From assembly GCA_036172245.1 (NCBI GenBank), contig JAYWIR010000065.1:1-64000 (forward strand): DNA of 64,000 nucleotides, written 5' to 3'. Position 1 is the stretch's first letter. Every line of letters starts with the position of its first letter. The notes beneath the pieces are model-generated. The model did not search any database and had not been told where the DNA came from. It saw only the letters and a program-made list of their open reading frames with translations. This DNA is from Raillietiella orientalis (Eukaryota). Shown here piece after piece: positions 40,101 to 52,100 of this stretch. A program made the translations under genes and the position numbers.

Positions 40101-43100
40101 AAAGAATGCACTTCGAACCAAACAAGGTTAGGGAATCGATCTTCAAAATCAGATATCACTGGTACTTGGGCGAGGGGGAAGAGAAGGCTCACCCTGTCAA
40201 ATTTCATTGATTCCCAAGAGTTTGAGTTGTACCACGTTCGTAGGATTCAGCGTACCAACAAAAGAGAGCCTTCGTCAGCCTCAACAACGTGGGAAACCAA
40301 GAAACTACCTTGATCGTGGAAGGAGTACTTTCCGTATTTTATAGTGACTTTTTTTCTTCCTGCAAGTGATATAATTGCAGTGAATGTCACGAATTTTGGA
40401 CGTCTGTTATGCTAGAAAACAGCTGATCTTTTCAGAGGGAACCTGGAACCTTCTATTTCCCCGTAATTTCAGACAATCCCTTGGTAACGATAAGATGGAA
40501 TGAGATGAGGGTTGCAATGTACTTGAGGCATCACTTTAAATGAACCAGCGGAGGAACTTTCAAACGATTGCAAACCTTCGAGAATCATGTGTACTCTTTT
40601 CTCCACATTCACGGGTCACGAGACACTGTTTCCAGTAAAAGTTCCAGTTTCCAGCAAGCAACCTCCCTAAGGCGCGCTATCGAGTCCTGTGAATCGCAGC
40701 ATGGCAGGCGCACTTTCGTTTAGCACGGTAATCGAAAGGGCGGGGGCCACACTCGATACGCGCATCCCGAAACGTGCCGTCGCGGTTTTGAATAGGGCAG
40801 TCGCCACGTTGGCGCATCATCACCTCTGATGGCGCAAATGCAAGCTTCTTCCAGCACGTGCAACTTGTTCTCCGTACTCTTTCCCAATCCTCGACGAGCT
40901 GACCTTCCGATTTCGATTCCTGTAGTTTTCTGAAGTCTCCATTGCTGCGTATGTCTCCGCGGGAAGGTTCGAGTTCACAAAAGAGGGAGCAGCACGAATT
41001 CGAAAATGCTGTGCAAAAACTAGCGAAAGCCAAATCTGAAGGGCGAGTTTATGGGAAAAGGTTCGAAAAGAGCGCTGCTAAGTTGCCGCCCACTCACCTT
41101 CCATGGACAGAGGCATGGCGAATCTCCCTGGGGATTCTCAACTCGGAGAATTAGACGAGCTCAAAGGACCAGCTCTCTAAACCGAATCGTTTCATGATTC
41201 AGGATTCCCCATATCACAGCACACAAATGATGTTTGCGAATCGCCTATGTACCCGGTCCACACCACTCCTGTTGATGTGGAGAAACCCTTCCGATCCACC
41301 CACTTGCGGCAACGTCTTTTTATGCACAAACTCCAAATGCATTGCGAAAAGCTCAACGAGGCAGCTTTGCTCCGATAGCTGGTCCTCGATTTCATCCACA
41401 AATTCAGTACACGATGGAAAGAACTGCATGATCTCAAAAGGGATGCGAAAGGCACGAAAAACGGTACAACGTCTACGCTACATCGTCCTGGACTGCACTG
41501 CAGTGCTGCACCATGGTTCAAAGTCATAGATCGGAATGGGAGTAAGCAGAGGAGGGAGCAATCTCTGATTTGCGTCTCCTTGCAGCTTGTAGGAATGGTG
41601 CTCTTTGAATGATCGCCGCACGCAAAAAGACACGGTAAAATGAGGCGGCTCTTGAAACGCTGAGGAGGAATGAGACTGCCAAGGACGCTTTCACAGCACG
41701 GCTAACCAGTCATACTAAATTTCGATCTGGTCGCACGTGGAACAAAGGGCGTGGTTCTGCAATTTCCTCCTCAGCTTTTCGGAAACGTCAAGAGCTCACC
41801 TGAGAGAGAAACACGCGTTCGGTACTCTCACACGCTTACCTGTGTCCAAAGAAGTCAGTTCCGCTAAGAAGCCGCGGTTCCAAATGGAATCGTCAGTCAC
41901 GAACCTCAGCCAGAGGTAATTCATAGATGAGATCACTGGATCCGGAGTGTACTCGGGGGAACCGCAGTATTTTCCCAACAAGGGGTAGCTATCATCTGGG
42001 CCGTCGTGGATCTGGAAAAACCTGTGTAGCGCTGGGATTCAGATAAGGGTTACTGAGATACCTCCAGGTAGTCATATAAGCAAGTGTCGTTGTCACCCTC
42101 GATGTCGAAGCTGACGAACGTCAGTTTTATAGCCTTGTGTGCATCCGCAGCCAAGATGTAGATGCATTCCCGATTGTTGGGATAGAAGTCCGGGAAGCCG
42201 GGAGAGTGCACTTTCCCACTTTCAACTCTTACGAGGCCACCGCAGCCTACGGAAGAGAGTGTTACCATGTTGACAACACGATCATCACTGGGACTAGCAA
42301 GCAGCCCTATTTCCGAAACGACGAAGAGCCAGCCCAAGGACCCTCATTCTTTCTTCCTCCGAGAACGAACTCCAGATTCGCCTATGCCGCCGGCAACTAT
42401 TCATTCCGTCTGCAATCTGCATTCAAGCGACTCGGGTGCCCTCTGCTTTGCTTTTTTCTTGCAGATACCCATCACTTCTTTTCCATCGGAAACTGCACTT
42501 TCTCGGGAGAATTTGCTGCTGCCAACGGTATGGGAGCACTGTCCTTCCGCCCGTCCACGATGGACTCCATCGAGACTCTTGGAGACGAGCTACGGTTTCG
42601 GAACTTTCCATGCGTCCAAAGCAGATTCTCTTCGGATCGGTCCGACTGCCCACAGGCTGTTGAAAACTTTCTTGATGACTGACACGAATTCACACTGATT
42701 CGCGACACGAATTGCATTTCGCGCAAGTACAGTCACCACTTGCAGAAATCCCTTGGCGAACAGCACCATTATCCATGAAAATCGAATGATTTAGAGAAAA
42801 GTCGAAAAGAACCCTCTTCCATTTCATGCAATCCCCCACAAACCACTTTCGTAACAACCGAAGGGTCAGTCAAAGCTTTACATCAGACTCTGTTCTACAC
42901 GTGCCAATGACCTCCGTACAACTTGGTCTCAAGGAGTGGCTGCAGATGGCATATGAGAAAGGCAAACCGAGAAATGCCGATTTCAACGCCAGCAAATAGA
43001 AAGAACTCTGTTCTTGAAGCTTCAAGATGCACTGACGCTCCGAGATCTATTGGCTTCCCGCCGAAGAATAAAACAGCTCTTTATGAATAGAAGAGTACAC

Positions 43101-46100
43101 CTTGCGAGCCGCTGCAAGCGACCTCATTGAAGAAATCGGTGTTCCTTGCTCTTGCGTTCTCACATTTCCACGAAAAGTGGGACTGACAAGCGCTCGGCTA
43201 CCACCAGGAAGATTCCTTTAGATCTGCAGCGTTAGGAGAACCGCTTGAATCTTACTGACGAAATCAGTTCTTTTGTTAGACGGGAAGTCTACGATCACGG
43301 CGGAAGACACTTTCCCTTAATGTTCATCTTCAAGCCGAAGAAGCCAAACGAAGCTCTGAGCTGCACTGCACGTGTGATTGCAGTAAGCTATTGATGCAAG
43401 ATATCTTCCATCAACAGCTTCATGATGCTTCACAAGTAACGTGAAAAGCTGCGTTTTTGAAAGGCTCTTCAGCACAGTTCCGCAGTGCACACGTGTGAGC
43501 GAAAACTCCTGTTTTGGGGGAAAAAAAGGAACAGCTCCACAGTGACTGAGCTTCCTACAGAAATGCGATCACATAGAAGACGGAATTTCACTTATCGCCT
43601 TTGTAGAAAGAAGGGACAAAGGGCACGCTATGTCTTGGGGCTTCATGTGAAGAAGAAAACACAGGGTTCTCAAAATTCGTCTGTACCATGCTACTGGTAG
43701 ACTGTACGATAGCTGCTGCGAAGAACCGATTAACCCTGCCCGAAAAAAGGGAAACAAAAGATCTGACGATCCCCGAAATGCGTGTTCTTGACATGTACAC
43801 CGCAAGAGCACACTGGTGGTAGCCAACGGAGAAACGGGAAAGCATCATGCAGAGAAGTGGACGATATCTTGTACATAAACTCGGCTTTACGTGGCACGCT
43901 ACCGAAGACACGGACTGTCCAATATGAGCGGAGTTCCGCGTTCGTCTGCTCTGAGAACACGGATGGAAAATAAACCGAGTGGGAAGGATTCGAACTTGGA
44001 GATGCACCGTCAATTCTAATTCGAGGAAGCAGTGGATCAAATAGGTTCGCTCCCTTTGGACTTATGTTGTGATTCGCTATGAAGCCGCTGATGAGCTGTG
44101 AAACAACCTCTGCTGTTGAGACGGAATGAGAACTCCAACGTTCCCTATCGTAAAGCTAAGCTTAAAACAACGAGCATGGATAAAACGACCTTTGCAAGGA
44201 GAGCAGCGCTGTTTATAGAAAGAGAAAACTAAAGTGGAAAATCATCAGCATCCCGATTCGTCATGTTTGGTTGCGAGATCGTCTTTTTCAGAGGAAAATG
44301 AAAGTTTTCAAATCCATGAATCGTCAACCCACATGTGAAGGAACATGTGATGCTGTCAAACTGAGATCATTTGATGGATACACACGAGGTTTTGGTACCT
44401 TTCATTCAAGCTGTAACAACGGATTGGGAAAATTTCGACATCTCTTTCTAATGCAAAGGTTTGTTGCTCTTACTTGTATTGAAATGTGCGGAGAATCCTC
44501 CCGCAGTGTAACTCTCATCTGAACGAAATCGTACGAACAACTTGTTTCCAAGAGACGTGTATCTAGGCGGAAGGCTGGAGCCGCAGTACTTGCCCACCAG
44601 CGGACTCGATACACTCTCACCTTCCCTTATCTGGATGAAAGAATGGCGATCAACATGCAGATTGAGAGAACAGTTCGCATAATTTTTCTACCTGGCATGC
44701 TGAATTGCGTTCACTGTGGTCAAGTCACGCGGATGGGGAAGCGCAAGCAAAGGAAAATCGCTTACCTCCACATAGTCGAAAGTGCAATTCTCGTCTTCCT
44801 CGAGATCGAAATCCGTGAAGTACAAGTCTATTCGATCATCTGGATGTGTTCGAATGACCCAGTCGCATTCCAATCTGTTCATGTACATTCCTTTATGGGA
44901 GGGCGACGCAATAGTCCCATCGCTTTGCGTTAGGATGCCTCCACATCCAGGAATAGCTAGGTGAAGCACACGCAGTCGGCTGTTGTTGCAATCAGAGACG
45001 CTTACTAGGAATGCCACTGAACAGGACGTAAAAACCCTGATCTGCATTCAGATGGTCGGAATGGAAGATTACGGAAGCGTAACTTCCAGAAGACGTTAGA
45101 ATCGGTGGAGATGTAGTGTTGCAAAACTTCCCGAGAAGTGGACTTTCTGGATGCAAGCCATCCCGTACCTTGGAGTTCGAATGCATGAAAATGATGAGCA
45201 GCTTTAATCAGAGAAAATTTGTTGCATGATCTCAAGGAGAAAGCAGGAAGAATAGCATCCGAGGTGTCCAGCAAAGCACTCGAAGGAGACTTGGTATGTG
45301 GAATAACGACAAATGGCCTGTTGCGCCCATGGCAACGAGCGTGAATGCCCTTGTTGAGTATCACGCGAAATGGAACAATTTCAAGAAGGATTTAATGAGT
45401 GTTGAAATGGGAAGACTCCATTCCAAGGGGTAGGACTTGCGATGTTTCGAAGCAGTCGCTCAGTGCTGTCCGAAACTTTGCAGAGATTTCACAACTGGAC
45501 ATTAAGGCACCCTTTGTTTGTGCAACGATTGCAAATTGGTTCCCAATGTAAATAAAGACAAAGACAGAATCAAAGATTACGACGTCATTCGTGGAACCTA
45601 GTGAAGAGCATCAGGGTACAAAGTATGCTACATGCAACTCTCTGCTGCACGAGCTGGACGGCTACAACAACCGCATCTACACAAGAGGGTTACGACTTCA
45701 AATGAGGGCACGAACAAGGCAAACACTGAATTAGAGGAATTTTGCATTCCAAGAGGAACGTAATTGCCACAATCCACCTGAAAGCTGAATACCTTAAAGG
45801 TGTCGATTGCGAAACTTCCTCAGGAATTCATTCTTGGATGGAAGAAAAGAATACACTCATCAACTCATCTCTGCTGGAATGCGGATAGTCTCGTTTAGAA
45901 CATTCGTGAAGAAGCCACCGATGATTTGCAAGAAACAAGTACGGAACGAGGTCTCCTGACTACAGGATCCATGTATACAGTCAGCAAAAAGAATGGCATT
46001 CCGTTCAAGAGGACACAATAATTGTTTCCAAGATGCATGTGAAGCACCAAAGACCACATTTATTTGGGAACCAGAGAGAAAGCCATGGTACCAACAGAAG

Positions 46101-49100
46101 AAAGAGTTAATCCTTAAAGGGCAAACGATCCAAACGCATTGTTCCTCCTGCTGATGGCTACGACGCTAAAAGGAAAATGAGCTTAGCCCGCGACCAAAGT
46201 TCCAATTCCTCACTGCTTTGACAAGCAGGTATTAAGCGCATGCTGACGGAAGCTGCCAGTCGTTTTTCGGTAAGTCGAAAATTGCAAGAAATCAAAATGT
46301 GAATAACCTCAAGGTAGTCAAACTTGCAATCCTCGTGTGCCTCTAGCTTCAGCGTGACGAACTGAAACTGGATTCTCTTGCCAGGAGGCATTGTAACTCT
46401 CCAGTGACAATCCCGGTTACCGGGGTAGTTTCCTGGATATCCTGGAGACGTGAAGAATCCTTGTTCCTCCACGAATTCTCCCCCGCAGACTTTGCTCAAA
46501 GAAATGAGTTTCTGTGGAGATTGGAGGACACCTCCTTACCTGGGCTTTCAGCTGTCCAAAGCACGGTGAATCCGAAATGCGAAACGCTGAGGTCGGAGTG
46601 AAACCAGATGAGAGCAGCATTCTGACTGGTCAGCATGCTCGGGGGCGCATGCTCGCCACAGTAGCGACCAATCAGATGCGAGTCGAATCGAGGACCGTCG
46701 TACACCTTACTCACTACCTCGAAAATTGAAAAGCTCAAGCAGCCATTACCTGTACCCAATCGAACTGGCAGTCATCTGATTCTTCCAGCTCGAAGGATGA
46801 AAACGAAAGGTTGAGGACTTTATCGTGGTCCACCGTTATGACCCATGAGCAACTCGATCCGGCAGGGTATGTCTCCCTCTCGTCTTGGGGAAAGCGGAAA
46901 GAGCCAGCAGACTGGCCGGAGAAAATTCCACCACACTCTGCATAAAACAAAACTGAACGTCACTTCCACTACTTTTCGCTTGTGCCTTCTTTCAACGAAA
47001 AGTCCCTTTTTTCTCAGCGGACAGAAGGAAAGCAAGCGGGAGACTTCCTCGGCCCTGCTCGCAGGCGTGCTGTCACCAAAATACTCGCTTGACCCCTGCT
47101 TTGTGCTTTGCACGAGTCACTCCGCGGTTCCGCAAAGGTGGCATCCCTTTCCCAATCGTGTGCTCTCAGGAACGCTCGTTTCAGTCATTTCAGTTGACGT
47201 CACTCTTCCGGTCGACCGCTAGCCAGGCCGATCCTCGTGGTGGTGTGCTCACTAGTGACGTGTTCACTTGATCTTTAATACTTGGTAGCCCCTCACCCTT
47301 TGAACTACGGCTTCTCAGGGTACTCATCAGTGACTTGGGTCACACTGACCGGAAAACCCGATTCGTGGACTATGCCGCATGATCAGCAACAGCAGTGAAC
47401 AGCGGTGAGAATATGAACGAAAGCCAATTTTCTCTCAAACAACACTTCGGCCATCAGAGAAGCTTGCAGATGGCAAGAAGAATATCTCCATGAAAGGCGA
47501 ACGTTGATGTGAGATTCGATGAAGGAATTCATCCGGCGTGAGTGGGGTTGGGTAAAATTGCTGCGTATCCCCAACCTTGCTGGATAACGAATACAATTGA
47601 CTGCCGGTGATTCCTGTTCTTGATCGGATTAGCAGTTGAGTCCATTTGGAAAACTGGTTCCTCGGGCAGCAGAAACGTGCGGCCTGCAGAAAAAGTCAAA
47701 GAAGCAAAACTTTTGCAGCAGCTGAAGCGTTAGAATTGCTTGCACGAGCACCCAAAAGCTTTCTAGCTGGCTCTTCGCCTCGAGCTCGCATTCCAACATT
47801 CATGAATGCCTTCACTCCATTTATCCAGAAGTTTTCTAGAAACAACTACTGCTCGGAGAATCCTTAGCTTGACCTTTTTAACTATTCAACTTTTAGAAGT
47901 GAGTTCTTTTCCGGTCGAAACTTTGCATGCATTCGTCAAAGCGCACTGTGGTGATTGCGGTTCTTTGAACGGAAGCAGCGGATGAAGAGATCAAGAAATC
48001 GCTATCTTCCCAAATCTTACCCTGCACTTCTGGAAGCAAGTAACAGAATGCACCTCACTTCTTCCCTTTAATATCTGAAGAGCTCATCGTCGAATCTATT
48101 CCCACCCAGCGCTTCGGAGTCCACAAAAACTGCTGGCAATGTCTCTCGGTTGAAGAGGTCTACCTGACCTCTTCAACCGAGAACCCTGCGAATGAAGCGG
48201 CTACACACCCTGATGCTTTCTACCCGAAACAGCTGATTGACAAAGCACTCTTGAGCTGGCAAATTCGAGCGTAGTCACCAAGGAACACTATGAAGAATGC
48301 CCATCATCCTTTCGCGAGGCAAAGGACGAGTGGTACAGGAATGAACGAGCAGTCGGCATATTTCAGCTGACACGTTGCGCATTCCCGGGAACACTGTGCT
48401 TGCAAGTGTGTTGTTCCCATTCACGTGCGAATGCCACTTTTCCTGTCAGGAGCACCCATGTAAACTTGCAGGCGTTCAAGGGGCAGGCGTGCTTCTTCAA
48501 AGTGCCAACAACAAAGGTAACACGGATGGAAGGATGGTGCGTAGTAACTTCAAAGTGCATGCGAACCGTTGTAGGAGTTTTTTCTGAACGGCGGGGACGT
48601 TCCGAAATCTACTGAGATTGCTGCATCGTACAGAAAGAAGCCCTTCTTGTCGTCCTTCACGGTTTTTTTGCTTACGTGTATCAAAAGAGCGTGTCTAGAC
48701 GAATCGGATTGTGAAACTCACCAATGCCAGTCCTTCAACAAAAGCGCACCTGCCGAGTGCTTGAGGGGAACGAAACGAGAGTTCCAAAACAGGAATCGCC
48801 AAATTCACTAATAAAATGATGATCTTTCCCAATGCAAGACAAAGACATTTCGACTCTGTAGATGCAAATATTCCAAAAGGCTTCCAATCAAAGCCACTCG
48901 TCTTTCGAAATGTCTCCTCAACAAGCGAATACGAATAGAACATTTGCACTGCAGTACCGATTTCCACGGCTCCATCATCATCCTTCTCAGAGTAGAGCAT
49001 TTTCGAAGATTCAGACATTGGATCGAACACAGTAGCCGTAAAGAGATTGAGGAGGAGAACGGACTCGATTCGCTCACCTTGCTCTTGCACCTCGCAATGC

Positions 49101-52100
49101 AATCCAGAAAATCCTTCCGGACAACGACAGGCGTAACCTTGCTGACCACTTACACATGTGCCTCCATTTTCGCATGGACTGCTTGTGCATTCGCTCAGTT
49201 CCACTTCGCAGTTCTTCCCTAAGAGCAAAAAGAAGGCATTGTCGATGCAGAAGTGTAAGAGATGGCATGCAAAGTGGATTTCAAGTTAGTGGATTTCGCT
49301 CCTGCCACGGACAGTTCGACCTCTAGATGCTCAGCACAAAGTTCATTACCTGTGAATCTCGGAATGCAGTTGCACACGTAAGACGCAGAACTGCTTCTGG
49401 AACAGCTCCCAAAAATGCAAGGGTTGCTGCTACACGGGTTTACAGCGATTGTCATATTGGTGGGTTCATCCGTGAATGTGCATCCAAGAGGACCCACTCC
49501 GTTCCCAGTCATACCCGCTGGACACAAACACTGAACATATGTTTCCGAAATTCCTGAAAGCATGTCTAGAGTAAACAGGAAAGCAGTAAGCCGGAAGGTC
49601 ACCTAAATTTCCGAGGCAAATTGCGGATGGATGGCAGCCACCATTGTGAAAATGACAAATTCCTGCATATATGCAGGATGTGCCATCCCCTATGTATGCC
49701 GCCGGGCATTCGCCACATTTCCGTGAACCCTAAAAGAAACACCGGCTCTCGACTTTCTTTTATTTATCGCGGTCAGGAAAAAAGAATATATCATCTCCCC
49801 CGCGTTTCAGAATCCTTCTTTCAGCTTTCCGAAAAGAGATTTTGAGATTAAAGTGACCATAAGGGCTTCTATCAACTGCTTGCCCAACTGGGAATTGTTT
49901 CTCGAGGATCCTTTTCCAATTTTATGATACCCCAATATAGGTTCGCAGTAAATGAAGCGATTCGAAGTTTGAATTCCATGAGGATAACTCGCAAAACTCT
50001 TTGCATCTCAAATTATGGAGAGACTCTAACCAAACGCAGTGAAATAATCCATTAGCGTTTTAATGGAATACCGTATAAAGGCAACTGAAACTCCACCCTT
50101 GGGGAAAAATATCGGAAACCAGCATCAGAGTATTTTTTTCTTCACGGCTTACATGAAATCCTTTCGATTTGTGTTTGGTGCAGTGAACCTCAGCATGAGA
50201 TGCTCAACGCTCTCTGTTCAGCATCTCATTGGATTTAAGTTTGCACGCCTCAGATTCCAAGAGGTTGCTTTTTCCCACATATCCACTTGCGATTTCTGCT
50301 TCCGTTCATCCAACGGTGTTTCTACCTTTTGACAACTCTCAAGTCCATTTATTCCGGTGGTCCCCAAAGTTCAAGAGGCTCTTGTCGAAGAGAAGCGGTA
50401 AATCGGATTTGATAAAAAAAAGAAAAAAATAAGGTAACGGTTGCGCATTCAACTGAACTGAAAATGCAGAGCATCTTTCTGGGAGAGAAGATCACAAGAT
50501 TTGAGAAATGGGAAAGCATAAATCCGACTAGGATTTGGAGGACTGGGCATGCTGATTCCTCAATGGTGCGATCCCAGCAGCCGAACCTCATTTGACCTAT
50601 TGTGGAGGGTTTCAAAAGAAAATAGGCGGTGGGAGAAGCGATATGCTCGGAAGAAAAATGAAATACTTGTTAGCGGTGTTTCGAAAACGGCAGGATTTTT
50701 CCTATCCCGAAGAGAAGCAATACTCGCAAAAATTAGTGGACCCTTTGGAACGGTTACTTTTTCCCTACTCAGAAAGGGGAATGCCAGGTCAAGGTTTCTT
50801 ACAGGAGTGTTGATGCAGGTAACGAGAGGATTGGTGCTGCAGCCGCCGTTGTCAACTTCGCATTCATTGAGATCTGTGCATACGAACCCGTTCCCAACGT
50901 ATCCTGAAAGTCCAATCCTAGTTCTCGGATTAAAGTATCGCAAGCTTCTTCACCTTGAGGACAGGAGCCACAAGTGAATGATCCGGGAACATTCATGCAG
51001 GACACCAAGGGATGACGTGAGCAGGGGAACGCATCGTTGCATTCGTCGACGTCAACTGTGCAGGAAGGATTTTCCAACGTGTTCTTCCATCCCTGCAAGT
51101 ACATTCACCTAAATACGATGAATCGGCAAAGTATACAAGGAACAGTGTGCAAGAAACGGTGTTTGATCATACAGCAATGCTTGCATTTTCTGTAGAAAGT
51201 AATCACCCAAGTCCACCTTGAACTCTAGACGAGTTCCACGATGAGGTGATTTCAATCCAGTAAGACGAGGGCGCCAGAGACGCAAACATCTCTTGAAGAT
51301 GGAACGCGAGAGCACGACCACTCATTTATACTCACGGGATCGCATAAACAAGTATAAGGGTGATGCGATCCTGGCCTTCGTTGGTTCAGGCAAATCCCAT
51401 GAGCGCACAGTTCGTGGGAGTCTCCCCGTTCGCAGGAATCGTTTCTCAGGCTGCAGTGCAAGCCATGAAATCCGCCTGCACAGATGCACCTGCAACCAAG
51501 AAGAGCAATTTACGTGGAAAATTTCTCAGTAGCCACTCGACGGTCGCTTCCTTATCCCAACAAGTGAAAAGAAAACCCCACCGACGCCACCTTCTTTCTC
51601 CCTGGCGAGCAGTCACTTCCGTACGCGCGAGAAATGCAGAGAGCGTCCTTACTCGAAACTTCCGGGTGTGTTGATGCAGCGCGCTCCGTTCTGACACGGC
51701 TCTGCGCTCCCTTCCAAGCATTCGTCCACGTCCGTTTCGCACAGCAAGCCCTATTCAGGGATCTCGAGTGCGAGACTGGACCCTGCTTCCTCCCGCTACC
51801 TTCCATCCTATCGGGCAGTGGCACATGAAATGGTTGAAAGCATCGACACACGTAGCCCCGTGGCGGCAAGGGTCGCTGCGGCATTCATTTTCGTTGAGGA
51901 GGTCTTCCAGAGAGCGCATCTTGGTCTCAAGAGCCCGGATCTGGAAAAAAAAGGTTGAATGGAGCAAATTTCCTCGAAGCAAGCAGGCGGGAATCGCAGT
52001 GTTCCCTTTGTGGTTTCTTCTTCGCGCTTCCATCATGCCGCGGAACTTCCAAGATGCCAAGATCGCTTTTCACTGAACGGTATTTTGAGCGTGATGGAAA

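Noticed and set aside
43985..43994. Minus-strand GTTCGAATCC B-box (tRNA/SINE-like)
   Set aside because: No A-box, acceptor stem or cloverleaf upstream.
7913..46937. Multiple separate tolloid/BMP1 or CUB genes
   Set aside because: No astacin protease domain and no internal stops or starts. All exons chain in phase into one 27-CUB protein.
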